A stretch of DNA of 64,000 nt from a virus (lineage: Duplodnaviria; Caudoviricetes), in the IMG/VR virus record IMGVR_UViG_3300028805_000067, positions 1-64,000 of that record. The stretch is one strand, 5' to 3'. The number at the start of each line of letters is the position of its first letter. Position 1 is the first letter of the stretch. Position numbers and translations under genes: made by a program. The notes under the pieces were generated by a model. It saw only the letters and a list, made by a program, of their open reading frames with translations. It made no database searches and had not been told where the DNA came from. Of the stretch, positions 37,930-49,476 are shown one piece after another.

Positions 37930-40116
37930 TTAGAATTTCTGTAATAATTTTGTTGTAGTTATATTCATAGTTCCATTTGAGTCAAATGGAATTGACACAC
38001 TTTTTACCCAATATGTACCTTTTATATTATATTTATCTAACTTTAATATAACTTGACAATTAGCATCCATATAATAAATAGGTAAAGAAGTTAATTGTAC
38101 TGTTTCATTATAATTAGTGTATTGATATAATAAATCTCTTATTGCGGTGTAGGCTGACCGCCACCCATCTTGTATTGTCTGCTGTAGCCACTTTGTATTT
38201 ACATCAAATATAGCGTAATTACTATTTTGCGCTTTAATATCATTAATTGCTTGTTGATAATTATCATTTGCAACTATATTATTTTTATTATAGTAATCAT
38301 CTACATTTATAAATACATAGTCTGGCATATCCGCTGGTTCAAATAAGCAATTTATTTTATCACTTTTATACACATAAGTTCTTCTACCGATATTTTTAAT
38401 ATTATATTTAGATACTGCTGCACCACTAATTAATTCTAAATAAAAATCAGAATTTGAATTATCTTTTAAAAAAGAATCTTTAAAGGTATTAGCTTCTAAA
38501 TCAAATACTTTAGGCCATTCATTGATTAATCTAGTGTAATAATATGAAGTTTCTTGTCCGTCATGTGCAAAAGCTAAATCTCTGTAATATACATATGTTT
38601 GCCATTCTTTCATACTGCTAGTTGAAATTGTTTTTAATTCTGTGGCGGATTCCACAAGAACAAAAGTTTTAGTATCTGGATCGTAAGTATATATTTTACC
38701 ATCCCCAGGTGTATAAAATTCGCCTTCTATTGGATAAGCAATACTTTCCATTTCTTCTTGGCTACTATACTTACGAGGGATGCCCGCCTTCCTCAATCCT
38801 GTATCATTATCTGTATAATAAAATACTTCATATGTGATATTTACAGGAATTGTTGGTATATCATCAATGCATACTTGATAGCATATTGGTAACTTACTTT
38901 CTGTCTTTTGCCCCCAGACAATAAAGTCATTTTTAATATTTTGTATATTAGGGTTCATACTAATTGCTGTTAAAATAACATCATCATTAAAACTATAAGC
39001 AATATTATTATTTTCATTTAAGCTAATGTCTAATGAGCCTATAGAAAAATCATAATTATTAATTAAGTTAGATAAATCATTTGATTCAGTTATATTTAAA
39101 TTATTAGTTTTTTGTCTAAAAATAAAATTACCATACACATCATAAAAATATTCAACATTATCTAAATAACTAACAAGTTTATCTAATACAGAAGTAATAG
39201 TGTCGCCAGGTTGAGCTATTAATCCTTCTTTTGAGCCAGTGTAAATAAAATCACTCCAGCAATAACCAATAACATCTGTCTTAAAAAAGATGTCATAATA
39301 ATTTTGTGCCTCTTCAGTTAGTTTCCAATCATATTTTTCTATACCTGGATCTATACCTTGTTCTAGTTCTGTGGCGGCGGCTACTTGGTCCTCCGCCACA
39401 AGGGTATGAAATTTAACTTCTGTATCAATATAAGCACTTGCATCTTCAGTTGCTTTATGTATGATTAATGGTTGCACTTGATTCCATTTCCTAACAGCCA
39501 GTATTTTTTCTGGGATATCTGACACAATAATGTTACCCAATTGCTCTTTACCCCAGTGATTTACTAATTCAGTAATAATTTGTTTAATAATTACTGGTCT
39601 ATCTACTTTATTACCATCTTTATCTATTGTTTCCATTCTATCAAGTACCATTGCGGCAGGCAGCTTCCCGCCAATTGTACCATTAAGTAAACACATTTTA
39701 TCTTGAACAGTTAAACTTAATTGAATATTATTATTAGTTTGGATTGTTACTGAAACACCTGTAATAATAAATAATCCATAAGGAAACCATAAAATAGGAT
39801 AATTTTTATAAGTAGTATCTACAAAAGGATTAGCTAATCCTTTTTCTATAATAATTTTTTTATTTATGCTAAATAAATTAGAAATGTCATTAATATCATA
39901 TTGGGAAGAATCTAACACAGCGGTTAAAGAACCAGAACGGCGTAAAGTTGAGTCGCCATTAATACTAATATTACCGGTAGTAATATAACTTTGTACTGAA
40001 GCTACTTCATTTTCTTCCCAATCTAATACTGTAATTTTAACATAGTGCTCTCGAAATTGTTGCTTATCAACTTCCGCCAAGAAAGTTTTATTATTTAAGT
40101 ATGGATATTTTTTCAT
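37930..40116 (-). CDS. Baseplate hub/tail-tip-like protein (DUF5048-like)
   Basis: GNISINGDSTLRR, WFPYGLF, QDKMCLLNG, EYFYDVYGNFIF, IKNDFIVWG. Confidence 0.65.
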   Translation of the reverse strand: MKKYPYLNNKTFLAEVDKQQFREHYVKITVLDWEENEVASVQSYITTGNISINGDSTLRRSGSLTAVLDSSQYDINDISNLFSINKKIIIEKGLANPFVDTTYKNYPILWFPYGLFIITGVSVTIQTNNNIQLSLTVQDKMCLLNGTIGGKLPAAMVLDRMETIDKDGNKVDRPVIIKQIITELVNHWGKEQLGNIIVSDIPEKILAVRKWNQVQPLIIHKATEDASAYIDTEVKFHTLVAEDQVAAATELEQGIDPGIEKYDWKLTEEAQNYYDIFFKTDVIGYCWSDFIYTGSKEGLIAQPGDTITSVLDKLVSYLDNVEYFYDVYGNFIFRQKTNNLNITESNDLSNLINNYDFSIGSLDISLNENNNIAYSFNDDVILTAISMNPNIQNIKNDFIVWGQKTESKLPICYQVCIDDIPTIPVNITYEVFYYTDNDTGLRKAGIPRKYSSQEEMESIAYPIEGEFYTPGDGKIYTYDPDTKTFVLVESATELKTISTSSMKEWQTYVYYRDLAFAHDGQETSYYYTRLINEWPKVFDLEANTFKDSFLKDNSNSDFYLELISGAAVSKYNIKNIGRRTYVYKSDKINCLFEPADMPDYVFINVDDYYNKNNIVANDNYQQAINDIKAQNSNYAIFDVNTKWLQQTIQDGWRSAYTAIRDLLYQYTNYNETVQLTSLPIYYMDANCQVILKLDKYNIKGTYWVKSVSIPFDSNGTMNITTTKLLQKF

Positions 40117-40118
40117 AG

Positions 40119-42824
40119 TTAATTATCCTCCTTGAGCGGGCCCCATGTATCTATTTGATTAATTAATTTATTGAGAGCTTGGCTGTGAGCAGAAGAACTT
40201 GTCAATCTAATATGATATTTACGCATATCTTCTTCACCAATTAAAGCGGCAGTATATTTCTTAATATCCTCATCTTGCATAATATAAAAACCATTTGGTA
40301 ATACTTCTAAATCTTCATCATTATCAAATAGAGGATCATAAGTAGCTGTTGTAATATTAAAAGTTAAATTAGCAGTATCATCTTGGATATTATATTTAAC
40401 TAAATTTTTTGTAGTAGCCTCGCCGACCTCAGTTAAAGTACCACTGAAAGACCATATCATTCTACTTAAAGTTTGATTTGGTGTAAATGATACATCATGA
40501 ACTTTAACTAAAATATTCCCTTCGGTTAATGATTTAAATAGTTTTGGCTTATTAGACATTAAGAAATCAGTAACTTTATCTCTAAATTTTTTCTCTAATA
40601 TCCAATCATAATGAGCCTCAAAATTATTCTCTGTGATAAAGTTCATATGCAGCGGCAGAGCCTTTGCCGTGAAAATCTCACGCTTTTGAGCGAAGTTTTC
40701 TTCATCATCCATCCATGTAGCAATAGTGCCACTAAAAGGAAATGTTTTATAATCAATAACTGCATTTCTATTGAAGAATGGATATTTACTACCTAAAGTT
40801 TCAATGCTGCTTTCTGTTATTTTTCTCTTGAAACTGCTAATAGTTGGATCAAATTTAATTTTTAACTGTTTATAATCGCCAATTAAAAAGCTATCATCTA
40901 AAAATAAAGTAACAGGTTCTTTATTATAAATCATATCTGTTTCTACTGATTTAAGTGCTGTCTGCTGATTTCCATAAATATCTTCATAAACATAGCTAAA
41001 TTCATTACTGTATATAATAGCATATCTATACCATTCTCCAGCTATTGCACTTCTATCAATCCAATATATAGTATTTACTGCATTAACATTATTAAAAGTC
41101 ATAATGTTATCCCATTCTTCAAAGTTACTTAAAGATGAAGTTCTACGAACAATAACTGTACCATTGAAATTAGAGTCTGTATTCCAAATTCTAACTAATA
41201 TTTCACCAGATTCGTGATTAGGAATAGTATCTAATTCTATATTAGTATTTAATACATTATCAATTGCCATATCAATTGTGGCATAAGGATATAATACAGT
41301 AAGTGCAAAGTTATCTGCAAATGCGCTAGAATTAACTGTTGTACTAAAAGAAATATAGTTATCAATAAAGCCATTATTAGTTTGATAATAAATATATAAT
41401 ATATACTGTTGCTTTTTCTCATACAATTTTTTAAATGTATATGAAAAATCATTCTCACCATTTAATCCGTTTGATTGGCTCTTAATCCAACCGCTATCTT
41501 CTAAAATGGTAGTAACATCATTTTTATCATATAATACAAATCGCATTGAATCTAAATATTCAATTGCAGTATTAGTTGCTTGTTCAAAAGTAACAGTACC
41601 ATTAATGGTTAAGAAATGTTTATGAATCCGCAAGCCCGCAAAATTAATCTGTGTTCCATAAGGATTCAAACTTAATATACTATTTTTTAATGTTACTATA
41701 GGTTGCGCGATGCGTTTAAGTAAGCAGACACTAGACCATTCACTAAAGTTATAAATATGATTATCCATCCAATAGGTGGATTCATAAGGAAAATCATTTA
41801 TATAATCTATATTTTTATCTAAAAATCTAATTTGAATTTTATAATATTCATCTATGCTAAAAGTATTTTCTGTATCATTTTCTTTTATACTTAATACATC
41901 ATTTGCAGGAATTTCTATGAAATAACAATTTGTTTCGCCAGCTTGATATAATTCTTCATCACGCTGCATAGTATAAAAATGTATGCCGCTATCTAAAGAA
42001 CTATCATTTTCAAATTGTATTGGTTTAAATTTGTTAATTCCTGATTGGTCTTTACATGTAACCATTATCCAAGGGTATACATAACCATCTATGGCGGGGT
42101 ACGCTTGAGGGTCTATTTTAAATTGAACTTCTTTAGCAACTGCTTGTGTAGTTTCTGTTGTTGTTGGAACTAAACTGTTTAAACTCTCATAGTATTTTTC
42201 CATTTGTGCGATGTCAGGATAAACATAACCTCTCTCAATTGGATAATCCCATAAGTAGCTAAATTTGCTTGGATCATCCTCATAATACTCTGGCGGCAGG
42301 TATACAGCTTGCGTATCAGTAGGTACATGCGTAACAATCAGCACCATATCTGTAGTTAGTTCCCATTGTGCTGTAATATGTAAATCCGTATAAGTCATAC
42401 TAGGGTTAGATAACATTGGACCCAGGCATGCACCTGTTAATTGCATTTCAAATGCTTTTGGATGTTCTTTATAAACAGATAAAGGCATAGCACAATAAAA
42501 TCTGCGCCACCCTTGTTCTTCATGTTTATCTAACCATAAATGATATAATTTTTCTTCTCGTGTACTATATGTATCATAAGGATTTACTACTTTTTCTTCA
42601 TATACAGTAGAAGTAGTCATATCTTCTTGTACTGGAATATTATATGAAGTTGTTTTAGCTACTACTATTCCTTGTGTTGCGGGAATCCTCGCAAAATTAT
42701 TTAAAGAATTATAATCTGAAATTGAAAAGTATACCCTAGTACTTGTTATATTCCTAGCCGGGTCTATAACAAAAGTAGGCATTTTTGATTCTATCACTGG
42801 AGGATATAATATTGTACTAGCCAT
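40119..42824 (-). CDS. Large tail/baseplate structural protein
   Basis: Fn3-like segment (WIDRSA..GEWYRYAI); C-terminal ETLGSKYP...EKKFRDKV..FL...KPKLFKS.TEGN. Confidence 0.6.
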   Translation of the reverse strand: MASTILYPPVIESKMPTFVIDPARNITSTRVYFSISDYNSLNNFARIPATQGIVVAKTTSYNIPVQEDMTTSTVYEEKVVNPYDTYSTREEKLYHLWLDKHEEQGWRRFYCAMPLSVYKEHPKAFEMQLTGACLGPMLSNPSMTYTDLHITAQWELTTDMVLIVTHVPTDTQAVYLPPEYYEDDPSKFSYLWDYPIERGYVYPDIAQMEKYYESLNSLVPTTTETTQAVAKEVQFKIDPQAYPAIDGYVYPWIMVTCKDQSGINKFKPIQFENDSSLDSGIHFYTMQRDEELYQAGETNCYFIEIPANDVLSIKENDTENTFSIDEYYKIQIRFLDKNIDYINDFPYESTYWMDNHIYNFSEWSSVCLLKRIAQPIVTLKNSILSLNPYGTQINFAGLRIHKHFLTINGTVTFEQATNTAIEYLDSMRFVLYDKNDVTTILEDSGWIKSQSNGLNGENDFSYTFKKLYEKKQQYILYIYYQTNNGFIDNYISFSTTVNSSAFADNFALTVLYPYATIDMAIDNVLNTNIELDTIPNHESGEILVRIWNTDSNFNGTVIVRRTSSLSNFEEWDNIMTFNNVNAVNTIYWIDRSAIAGEWYRYAIIYSNEFSYVYEDIYGNQQTALKSVETDMIYNKEPVTLFLDDSFLIGDYKQLKIKFDPTISSFKRKITESSIETLGSKYPFFNRNAVIDYKTFPFSGTIATWMDDEENFAQKREIFTAKALPLHMNFITENNFEAHYDWILEKKFRDKVTDFLMSNKPKLFKSLTEGNILVKVHDVSFTPNQTLSRMIWSFSGTLTEVGEATTKNLVKYNIQDDTANLTFNITTATYDPLFDNDEDLEVLPNGFYIMQDEDIKKYTAALIGEEDMRKYHIRLTSSSAHSQALNKLINQIDTWGPLKEDN

Positions 42825-42846
42825 CTTTGTTCTCCTTTTTCTCTAT

Positions 42847-43272
42847 TTATAAGAAGGTATGTTTTTCTAAGCACTCTTGATATTGCTTCTTAATTCTTTC
42901 ACTAGTAATAACAGTTGTATTATTAGGAAAATCTTTATGCGTAGAACAATATTGTTCATACCTATCTATATCTTTCAATATTTGTTTAAAATGTTCTTGG
43001 CTATGTTTTCTATCATTCATCATTTCATCACCAAAACGAAGAATGCGAGTGCGAGATGTAATAGCTTCATTTTCATCTACTTTTTGCGAAAGCTTTTCAA
43101 CATCTTGTTTAATAGCATCTATACCTATAAGTTTTGCTATTAATTTACCAAACCAAGTCCAGGGGTCTATTTTTAAAGGTGATAATTGTATAAGTGATGT
43201 AATAATGATAATAAAAACCCAATTATTACCAATAGTTATACCAACTTTGGTTAAAATGTCCATTAAGTCCAT
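42847..43272 (-). CDS. Holin-like membrane protein
   Basis: N-terminal TM, KIDPWTW, RTRILRFGDE motif. Confidence 0.55.
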   Translation of the reverse strand: MDLMDILTKVGITIGNNWVFIIIITSLIQLSPLKIDPWTWFGKLIAKLIGIDAIKQDVEKLSQKVDENEAITSRTRILRFGDEMMNDRKHSQEHFKQILKDIDRYEQYCSTHKDFPNNTTVITSERIKKQYQECLEKHTFL

Positions 43273-43379
43273 AAAAACACCTCCTTCATATAATATTTAT
43301 AAAAATTTACACGATAGAATTATAAAAAATAGACCAAAAAAGAATTGCGGGCGCAGCATTAAAGCCGCACCCGCGTATT

Positions 43380-45371
43380 TTAAATTATATTAGCAGCAGA
43401 AAGAACTGCACCTAAGTTATAAGTTTGACCATTGTATGTGAATGTAATGTCACCAGCTGCCGCCACATTTCCATTCCAATCTACTGTAAGCGCATTACTT
43501 CTTGCATCTGTTGTACCGTTACCAATTGCAAAAGCAGTAGCAGTTGTAGGCGTAGTATTGAATTTGCCAAAAATAGTTTGATTTTCAGCATTAGCAATAA
43601 GACTATTACCACCAACTACTGAATATGAGGCAGATGTTACATTATTTTTATAACCAGACACTAAAGCATATTTAGAATCTGAAACTGTACTATAGAAACC
43701 ACCAACAATTACACTTTCTACTTCGCCTGTTAATGCATTAGCACGACCTGAAAGTAAGCCACCTTCAATATCAGCACTTGTTAATGAGTTTCCTTCACCT
43801 ACAATAATACCACCATATATATTAGAATTTTCTACAGTAGTTAAGAAACCATGTATAATTCCACCATAAGGAGATACTGTTGATTGATAATTAATCTGCT
43901 GGCCACCAATCCAAGAACCATATGTATAGCTATTAGAAGTCTTAACTGTACTTGAATTACCATAAATAAAAGTACCATCTAAACTACTACAAGTGGTTTT
44001 TAAACTTTTTCCTCCAATTATACTACCAGCTACATCACCATTGACCTTTATTGTATTACCATATCCATTTATAATGCTGCCTGCATTTCCTTTGATTTCA
44101 GCATCACTAAATGCAAGCTGATATAAACCACCATATTGATTACCGGTTAATGTAACAGTAGACCAATAGCCACCAAGCATAGGACCATATTGTAAAGCGC
44201 CATCAGCTGAACTTTCTAATTTTAAAGATCTACCAAGTACTACAGCACCTTCAATTGTACCACTTCTAGTAGCACCAGCAGGTGAGGCTGATATTGTACT
44301 CATGCAGCCGCCTAATAATGAGCCTTCTATTTGTGCTCGCTCACTACCACAAGTCATTACATTATCTGTACCTAAAATTATATTACGGTCAGATACAGTA
44401 GAGCCATTAAATGTATTATGTTTACCAATGATAAAGTTATAATAACCATTAATAGCTTCGTTACCTTCACCAAATATGTAAGTATATTGTGGCGCATAAC
44501 CATTAAGTTTATTATTATGACCTACAATAGCATTTTTATCACTTGTCGAAGCATATAATACATTACTAGAACCAAACACTAATGTTTGTGTACTAGCAGA
44601 ACCATACATAGAGTTATTAGAACCAACTAATATATCTTTATAGTGACTTGTTGTTGAATTTGATATTGAATTGTTTGAACCAAATGCAGCTGTATATGTT
44701 CCTGCAGTTTGGTTAGTATCACCAATATTCATATTATGACTTCCACATGCTGTACTATAATGCCCTAAAATTATAGTATCATCTACACTATTAGAAGCTG
44801 TAGTAATATTATAATCACCTATGATAGTAGTTCTATCCATATTAGTGCCACGATTATTATTACCAGAACCTATTACATTATTATTTCTTAATCTTGCAGC
44901 TGATAAAGTAGTATATGAACCATGAAAAAAGTTTTCTTGTAAATCGCCGCCAGAAAGCACTGCATATGTTCCGCCTACATGGTTTGTATTACCAGGCCCG
45001 CTTATTACATTATGATAACCTTCTATATGATGATAATATCCATTACCAGATACAGCATTGTTTGCACCTTCAATATGAGTATCTCCAACACCAGATAAAG
45101 TGCTCTCACGACCTTCTACATAGTTGTAACTATTATTAGTTTGCACTTTGTTATGATAACCTTGTATAAAATTGTAACTTGTATTGTTATCAAGACCTAA
45201 TGTATGGTCACCAAATACAATATTTTGAATACCGCCTAATTTGCTAGATGTAGATTCAAGGTTCAGGTACATGCTACCTGAACCCTCGGGATCTACTTTA
45301 TTCATATAGTCACCAGTGGTGCCGCCTCTGCCGCCACCGTAACTAACTCCATTTAACATTATTTTACCCAT
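43380..45371 (-). CDS. Beta-solenoid tail spike/adhesin-like protein
   Basis: Regular G-x-x-N repeats; C-terminal AFAIGNG...RSNALTVDWNGN. Confidence 0.7.
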   Translation of the reverse strand: MGKIMLNGVSYGGGRGGTTGDYMNKVDPEGSGSMYLNLESTSSKLGGIQNIVFGDHTLGLDNNTSYNFIQGYHNKVQTNNSYNYVEGRESTLSGVGDTHIEGANNAVSGNGYYHHIEGYHNVISGPGNTNHVGGTYAVLSGGDLQENFFHGSYTTLSAARLRNNNVIGSGNNNRGTNMDRTTIIGDYNITTASNSVDDTIILGHYSTACGSHNMNIGDTNQTAGTYTAAFGSNNSISNSTTSHYKDILVGSNNSMYGSASTQTLVFGSSNVLYASTSDKNAIVGHNNKLNGYAPQYTYIFGEGNEAINGYYNFIIGKHNTFNGSTVSDRNIILGTDNVMTCGSERAQIEGSLLGGCMSTISASPAGATRSGTIEGAVVLGRSLKLESSADGALQYGPMLGGYWSTVTLTGNQYGGLYQLAFSDAEIKGNAGSIINGYGNTIKVNGDVAGSIIGGKSLKTTCSSLDGTFIYGNSSTVKTSNSYTYGSWIGGQQINYQSTVSPYGGIIHGFLTTVENSNIYGGIIVGEGNSLTSADIEGGLLSGRANALTGEVESVIVGGFYSTVSDSKYALVSGYKNNVTSASYSVVGGNSLIANAENQTIFGKFNTTPTTATAFAIGNGTTDARSNALTVDWNGNVAAAGDITFTYNGQTYNLGAVLSAANII

Positions 45372-45387
45372 TTATGCACCCTCCATT

Positions 45388-48300
45388 TTATACCGTTTTA
45401 ATATATCTGAATATTAAATTATCATTAGCTGCAATATTTTCATGGGGTGAGTGATCACTAGCTCCACATATATCACTACCATCAAAATAAAATCTTATCG
45501 AAGACTTATTTGGCACGGAACCAGTATATATAGCATCTATTAATTTATCTATTCCTGAAGGTACTGTTTCTATAAAAGGAATTGCGGCCCATGCAACATC
45601 TGACACTTGCGTAGTAGCTGCAACTGTTAATGTTATTTCATATACAGGTCTACCATCAATCCATTCACCAACAACCTGTTCAGTTGTAGAATACTTATGG
45701 AAAGGCTGAGCGCCCCACTGACCGTTATCATCTACAGCTAATATCTTACCAGCATCCGCAATAGTTGTGGCGGGAAGCAGTTTGTCAGCAACTGTAACCG
45801 CAGCTGTACCATTATTTAATGTTAAATCACCAGCTATAGCAACATTACCATCTACATCAACTGTAAATGCATTTGACAGATTGATTTCATTATCTGCTGC
45901 TGAAGTACCATTACCTATAATAAATAAAGCATTACTTGCAATTGCATTAAATTTACCTATTGCAGTTTGATAATTTTCACTGGCGATTGTATAATAACCA
46001 CCAGCATGACTATAATCACCATTAGCTGTAGTTCTAATACCTTCTGCATGTGAATATAATCCATTTGCTCTTGTAAAATATCCTTCAGCATGTGCAGCAG
46101 TGCTACCAGCATAAGTGCCATGACCTTCTGTATGACTGCATGCATTTGAAGCTGTTGTATAAAGACCTTCAGCATGTGCAGCTGTACTAGCCGCGTATGA
46201 ACCTTCACCTTCAGCATGTGCAAATCTAGTAGCAGTTGTAAGATGTCCTTCAACATGAGCGCCATAATCTGCAGCATGAGTCTGCACTCCTTCAGCATGA
46301 GATATTAAGCCACTTGCAGTTGTATTCCATCCTTCTGAATGTGAATGGTTGCCAGAAGCGCGTGTAGACCACCCTTCTGCATGTGCATGAACACCAGAAG
46401 CAGTTGTTGCTTCACCTTCACTATGAGTGCTTTCTCCAATAGCTTTAGTACTATTGCCTTCAGCATGTGCTATAGTGCCAATTGCAGAACTACTATATCC
46501 TTCAGCATGCGCGTAACTAGTAGATGTATATGTAGCATTTCCTTCTGTATGGGAACAATCTCCATAAGCGCTTGTATTTTGACCTTCAGCATGGGTATAT
46601 ATAGCAGTTGCTTGTGAGCCATACCCTTCTGCATGAGAATAATAACCAGCCGCATATGTATTTAAACCTTCAGCATGAGCTGCGTCTCCGGCAGCTTTAG
46701 TTTGATAACCTTCTGCATGAGCATATTGAGCAGATGCTGTAGTAGCTCTACCTTCTGCAAAAGCAGCTTTTGCAACTGCAGAGGCAGCAATACCTAAAGC
46801 AAAACTTGATTCACCATCTGATGTGGTTGAATTACCAATAGCAATGCTACCAACTCCAAGAGCACTATTATCATATCCTAAAGCAATAGAACCATTACCT
46901 AATGCATTGCTTGTATTTGTACTAAAAGTACCATTATAAATAGGATTTGTTTTAGGTAAATAATCACCAAATTTTCCATTTATATCTGATACAGCGGTAG
47001 TCAAATCACCAATAGCAGTTGTGGCTGTTGATAAAGAACCTTGTAAGTTTTGAATTTGTGTAGTATGTCCATTAACAACAGTAGCAACATTATTAATATT
47101 ATTTGTTACATTATTCAATGCATCACTTACATTAGTTGTAGTAGCATATGTAACTGCAGTAGCTTCAGTTTTAGGATTAATTGTTATTCCATTATATGTT
47201 AAAACATCATTATTAACAGTAAATAAGTTATTTATATGATTATTATTATCTATATTAATTCCAGTTCCAGCACTATAAGTAGTGTCAGTTGCGGAAATAG
47301 TATTATTATCAATTGTAATATTAGTTCCTGCTGTTAATGCGGGCTGCATTGCCTCTAAAGCTTCAGCTACGACTTTATTTTGAACTGCATTTTCAGAAAT
47401 GGAACTTAAGTCTGTATCAGGAGCTATAGAAATAACATTATTAGTAATATCAATACCAGTACCAGCAGAATAGCTACCACCGCCTTCACTGCCAGCATCT
47501 GTTATAAAATATACAGACCCATTTTTCTTAATAGCAGTAGGTAAAGCATTATATTCAGCTTGAGTAATTTCTACTTTATTTGTATTTGCATTTGTAGAAA
47601 TTTGTAATGAATCTGTAGCTTCATCATAAGTTAAAGTAACATTATCTCCACCAGTCACCTTAGTATTTACAATATTTACACCCATTGTAGAAGCATCTAC
47701 ATTAATACTATATACTTTATTAGGTGCAACAAATACAAAAGCAATACTATCAGTTTTAGTAACAACCTGATATAAATTTTCAATAGTTTCTGGTGTAGCA
47801 CCCGCAATCTTAGGTGTTACAACTAATTCAAACTTATCATGTACATTTGCATCTAACAACTGTGCATTAGTTTTATTGCAAGTTAATTCTCCTGTATCTT
47901 CATCGTAAGTGAAGATTATTGTATCAGAATAAGTATCTGTAGCTACCCAAGTACCTTGGCTATTTACCATCAGTACCTTACCAGCATCTGTGGCTGTTGC
48001 ACTAGGAATAGGATTATCAACAATAATTTCATTATTATTATTAATTGTAATACCATTACCCGCAGTATAAACAGTATCAGTTGCAGATATTTCATTATTT
48101 GTATCAATAGTAATATTAGAGCCTGCGGTATAAGTAGTATCAGTTGCAGAAATTACATTATTATCAATACTAATATTTGTGCCAGCTGTATATGCAGCAG
48201 CATCCGCAGAAATTACATTATTTGCATCAATTGAAATATTAGCACCAGCAGTATATTTAGTATCAGTAGCAGAAATTACACCATTATCAATTGAAATATT

Positions 48301-48903
48301 AGTGCCCGCAGTTAACTGTTGAGCCGCCAATGCATCTTTAACAGCTTTACTTGTAATAGGCAATTCATCATCTGATACATCATCCGCTAACTCTACTGAA
48401 ATCCGTTTAGTACCATCTTGCATAACAGTAATAGTAATTGCGGTCCCAGCAGCTATATCACCACTTGAGCCAGCGTCTATTATATAATAAACTGTACCAT
48501 TATTCTGCTCTTCTGGTGTTAATGCATCGTATTCTGCTTGAGTAACCTGTATAGGATTTAATTTTAATATATTATTAACAACTGTCAATCCTTCACCAAT
48601 AGTTAATTCAGAATTATATGTACCATCCGCATTTTTTAATGCAGTTTTTTGTGCTTTAAGGTTAATTATATCTTCAATAACAGCTGCATAATCATCTTCA
48701 TGCTCGCTTAACCATTGTGCAATTTCCAGCAAAGTATTATACTCTTCTGGCGCACCAGCGATAACTTCCGCAATTTGATATTGTACAGAACCAGGTGTAG
48801 AAGAATCACCATTTAGTATATCGACCTCTTGTTCAAGTTGACTTAATTCTTCTGAGGCTTTTTTAATTTTGCCTTTTAAAAGAGCATAAGTTATTATATC
48901 CAT
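45388..48903 (-). CDS. Long tail fibre/adhesin with YTAGTNISID repeats and YadA-like HAEG repeats
   Basis: Tandem ~19-20-aa TAG.NI.IDNN.ISATDT repeats, coiled coil, many 14-aa HAEG repeats. Confidence 0.8.
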   Translation of the reverse strand: MDIITYALLKGKIKKASEELSQLEQEVDILNGDSSTPGSVQYQIAEVIAGAPEEYNTLLEIAQWLSEHEDDYAAVIEDIINLKAQKTALKNADGTYNSELTIGEGLTVVNNILKLNPIQVTQAEYDALTPEEQNNGTVYYIIDAGSSGDIAAGTAITITVMQDGTKRISVELADDVSDDELPITSKAVKDALAAQQLTAGTNISIDNGVISATDTKYTAGANISIDANNVISADAAAYTAGTNISIDNNVISATDTTYTAGSNITIDTNNEISATDTVYTAGNGITINNNNEIIVDNPIPSATATDAGKVLMVNSQGTWVATDTYSDTIIFTYDEDTGELTCNKTNAQLLDANVHDKFELVVTPKIAGATPETIENLYQVVTKTDSIAFVFVAPNKVYSINVDASTMGVNIVNTKVTGGDNVTLTYDEATDSLQISTNANTNKVEITQAEYNALPTAIKKNGSVYFITDAGSEGGGSYSAGTGIDITNNVISIAPDTDLSSISENAVQNKVVAEALEAMQPALTAGTNITIDNNTISATDTTYSAGTGINIDNNNHINNLFTVNNDVLTYNGITINPKTEATAVTYATTTNVSDALNNVTNNINNVATVVNGHTTQIQNLQGSLSTATTAIGDLTTAVSDINGKFGDYLPKTNPIYNGTFSTNTSNALGNGSIALGYDNSALGVGSIAIGNSTTSDGESSFALGIAASAVAKAAFAEGRATTASAQYAHAEGYQTKAAGDAAHAEGLNTYAAGYYSHAEGYGSQATAIYTHAEGQNTSAYGDCSHTEGNATYTSTSYAHAEGYSSSAIGTIAHAEGNSTKAIGESTHSEGEATTASGVHAHAEGWSTRASGNHSHSEGWNTTASGLISHAEGVQTHAADYGAHVEGHLTTATRFAHAEGEGSYAASTAAHAEGLYTTASNACSHTEGHGTYAGSTAAHAEGYFTRANGLYSHAEGIRTTANGDYSHAGGYYTIASENYQTAIGKFNAIASNALFIIGNGTSAADNEINLSNAFTVDVDGNVAIAGDLTLNNGTAAVTVADKLLPATTIADAGKILAVDDNGQWGAQPFHKYSTTEQVVGEWIDGRPVYEITLTVAATTQVSDVAWAAIPFIETVPSGIDKLIDAIYTGSVPNKSSIRFYFDGSDICGASDHSPHENIAANDNLIFRYIKTV

Positions 48904-48923
48904 ATACTACCTCCTCCTTTCAT

Positions 48924-49094
48924 TCATTTTATGTCAGTCCAATATATTTCGGTTTCTGGAAATGGACCGGCATTAATAGTTTCTCCATTTTTTAAAGTAA
49001 TGATTATGTCACCATTTTCGTCTACTTCCATCTTTTCAATGCGTTGTCCTTTGACATATTTTTTTAACAACACATATGTGGCTACATCAAACAT
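48924..49094 (-). CDS. 56-aa structural-type protein (below ORF-track cutoff)
   Basis: MFDVATYVLLKKYVKG..., N-terminus resembles MDIITYALLK of the downstream fibre. Confidence 0.55.
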   Translation of the reverse strand: MFDVATYVLLKKYVKGQRIEKMEVDENGDIIITLKNGETINAGPFPETEIYWTDIK

Positions 49095-49095
49095 A

Positions 49096-49281
49096 TTAGC
49101 CCTCTAATTCTATCCACTTGCCTTGTGAGTTTTTCATATATACTTGTGAAGTAGCAATTATAATAGCGACAGAACCAGGAGCAGCATTTTGAGGAAGATT
49201 TTGTAAATCGGCAACAGTATCACAACTAAATTCAGTTACATAAGTGTATACTTTGCCACTTTGTTCTCTTATACTATACAT
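49096..49281 (-). CDS. Small structural-type protein
   Basis: AGGAGG RBS; DTVADL..LP...PGS motif. Confidence 0.6.
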   Translation of the reverse strand: MYSIREQSGKVYTYVTEFSCDTVADLQNLPQNAAPGSVAIIIATSQVYMKNSQGKWIELEG

Positions 49282-49476
49282 AAACTTTCCCTCCTTTAAG
49301 TTTATTTCATTAAGCTAATATATATAAAAAAAATGGACAGAAGTTTTTACACTTCTGTCCAATAATATTTATTATTATTCCTTTTTATTATCTTCATCAT
49401 TTAATTCTAAACTATATCCATAGCCTATTAATAGAACTAGTACAAATAAAACGACTAACATCTCAATCCCTTCTTT

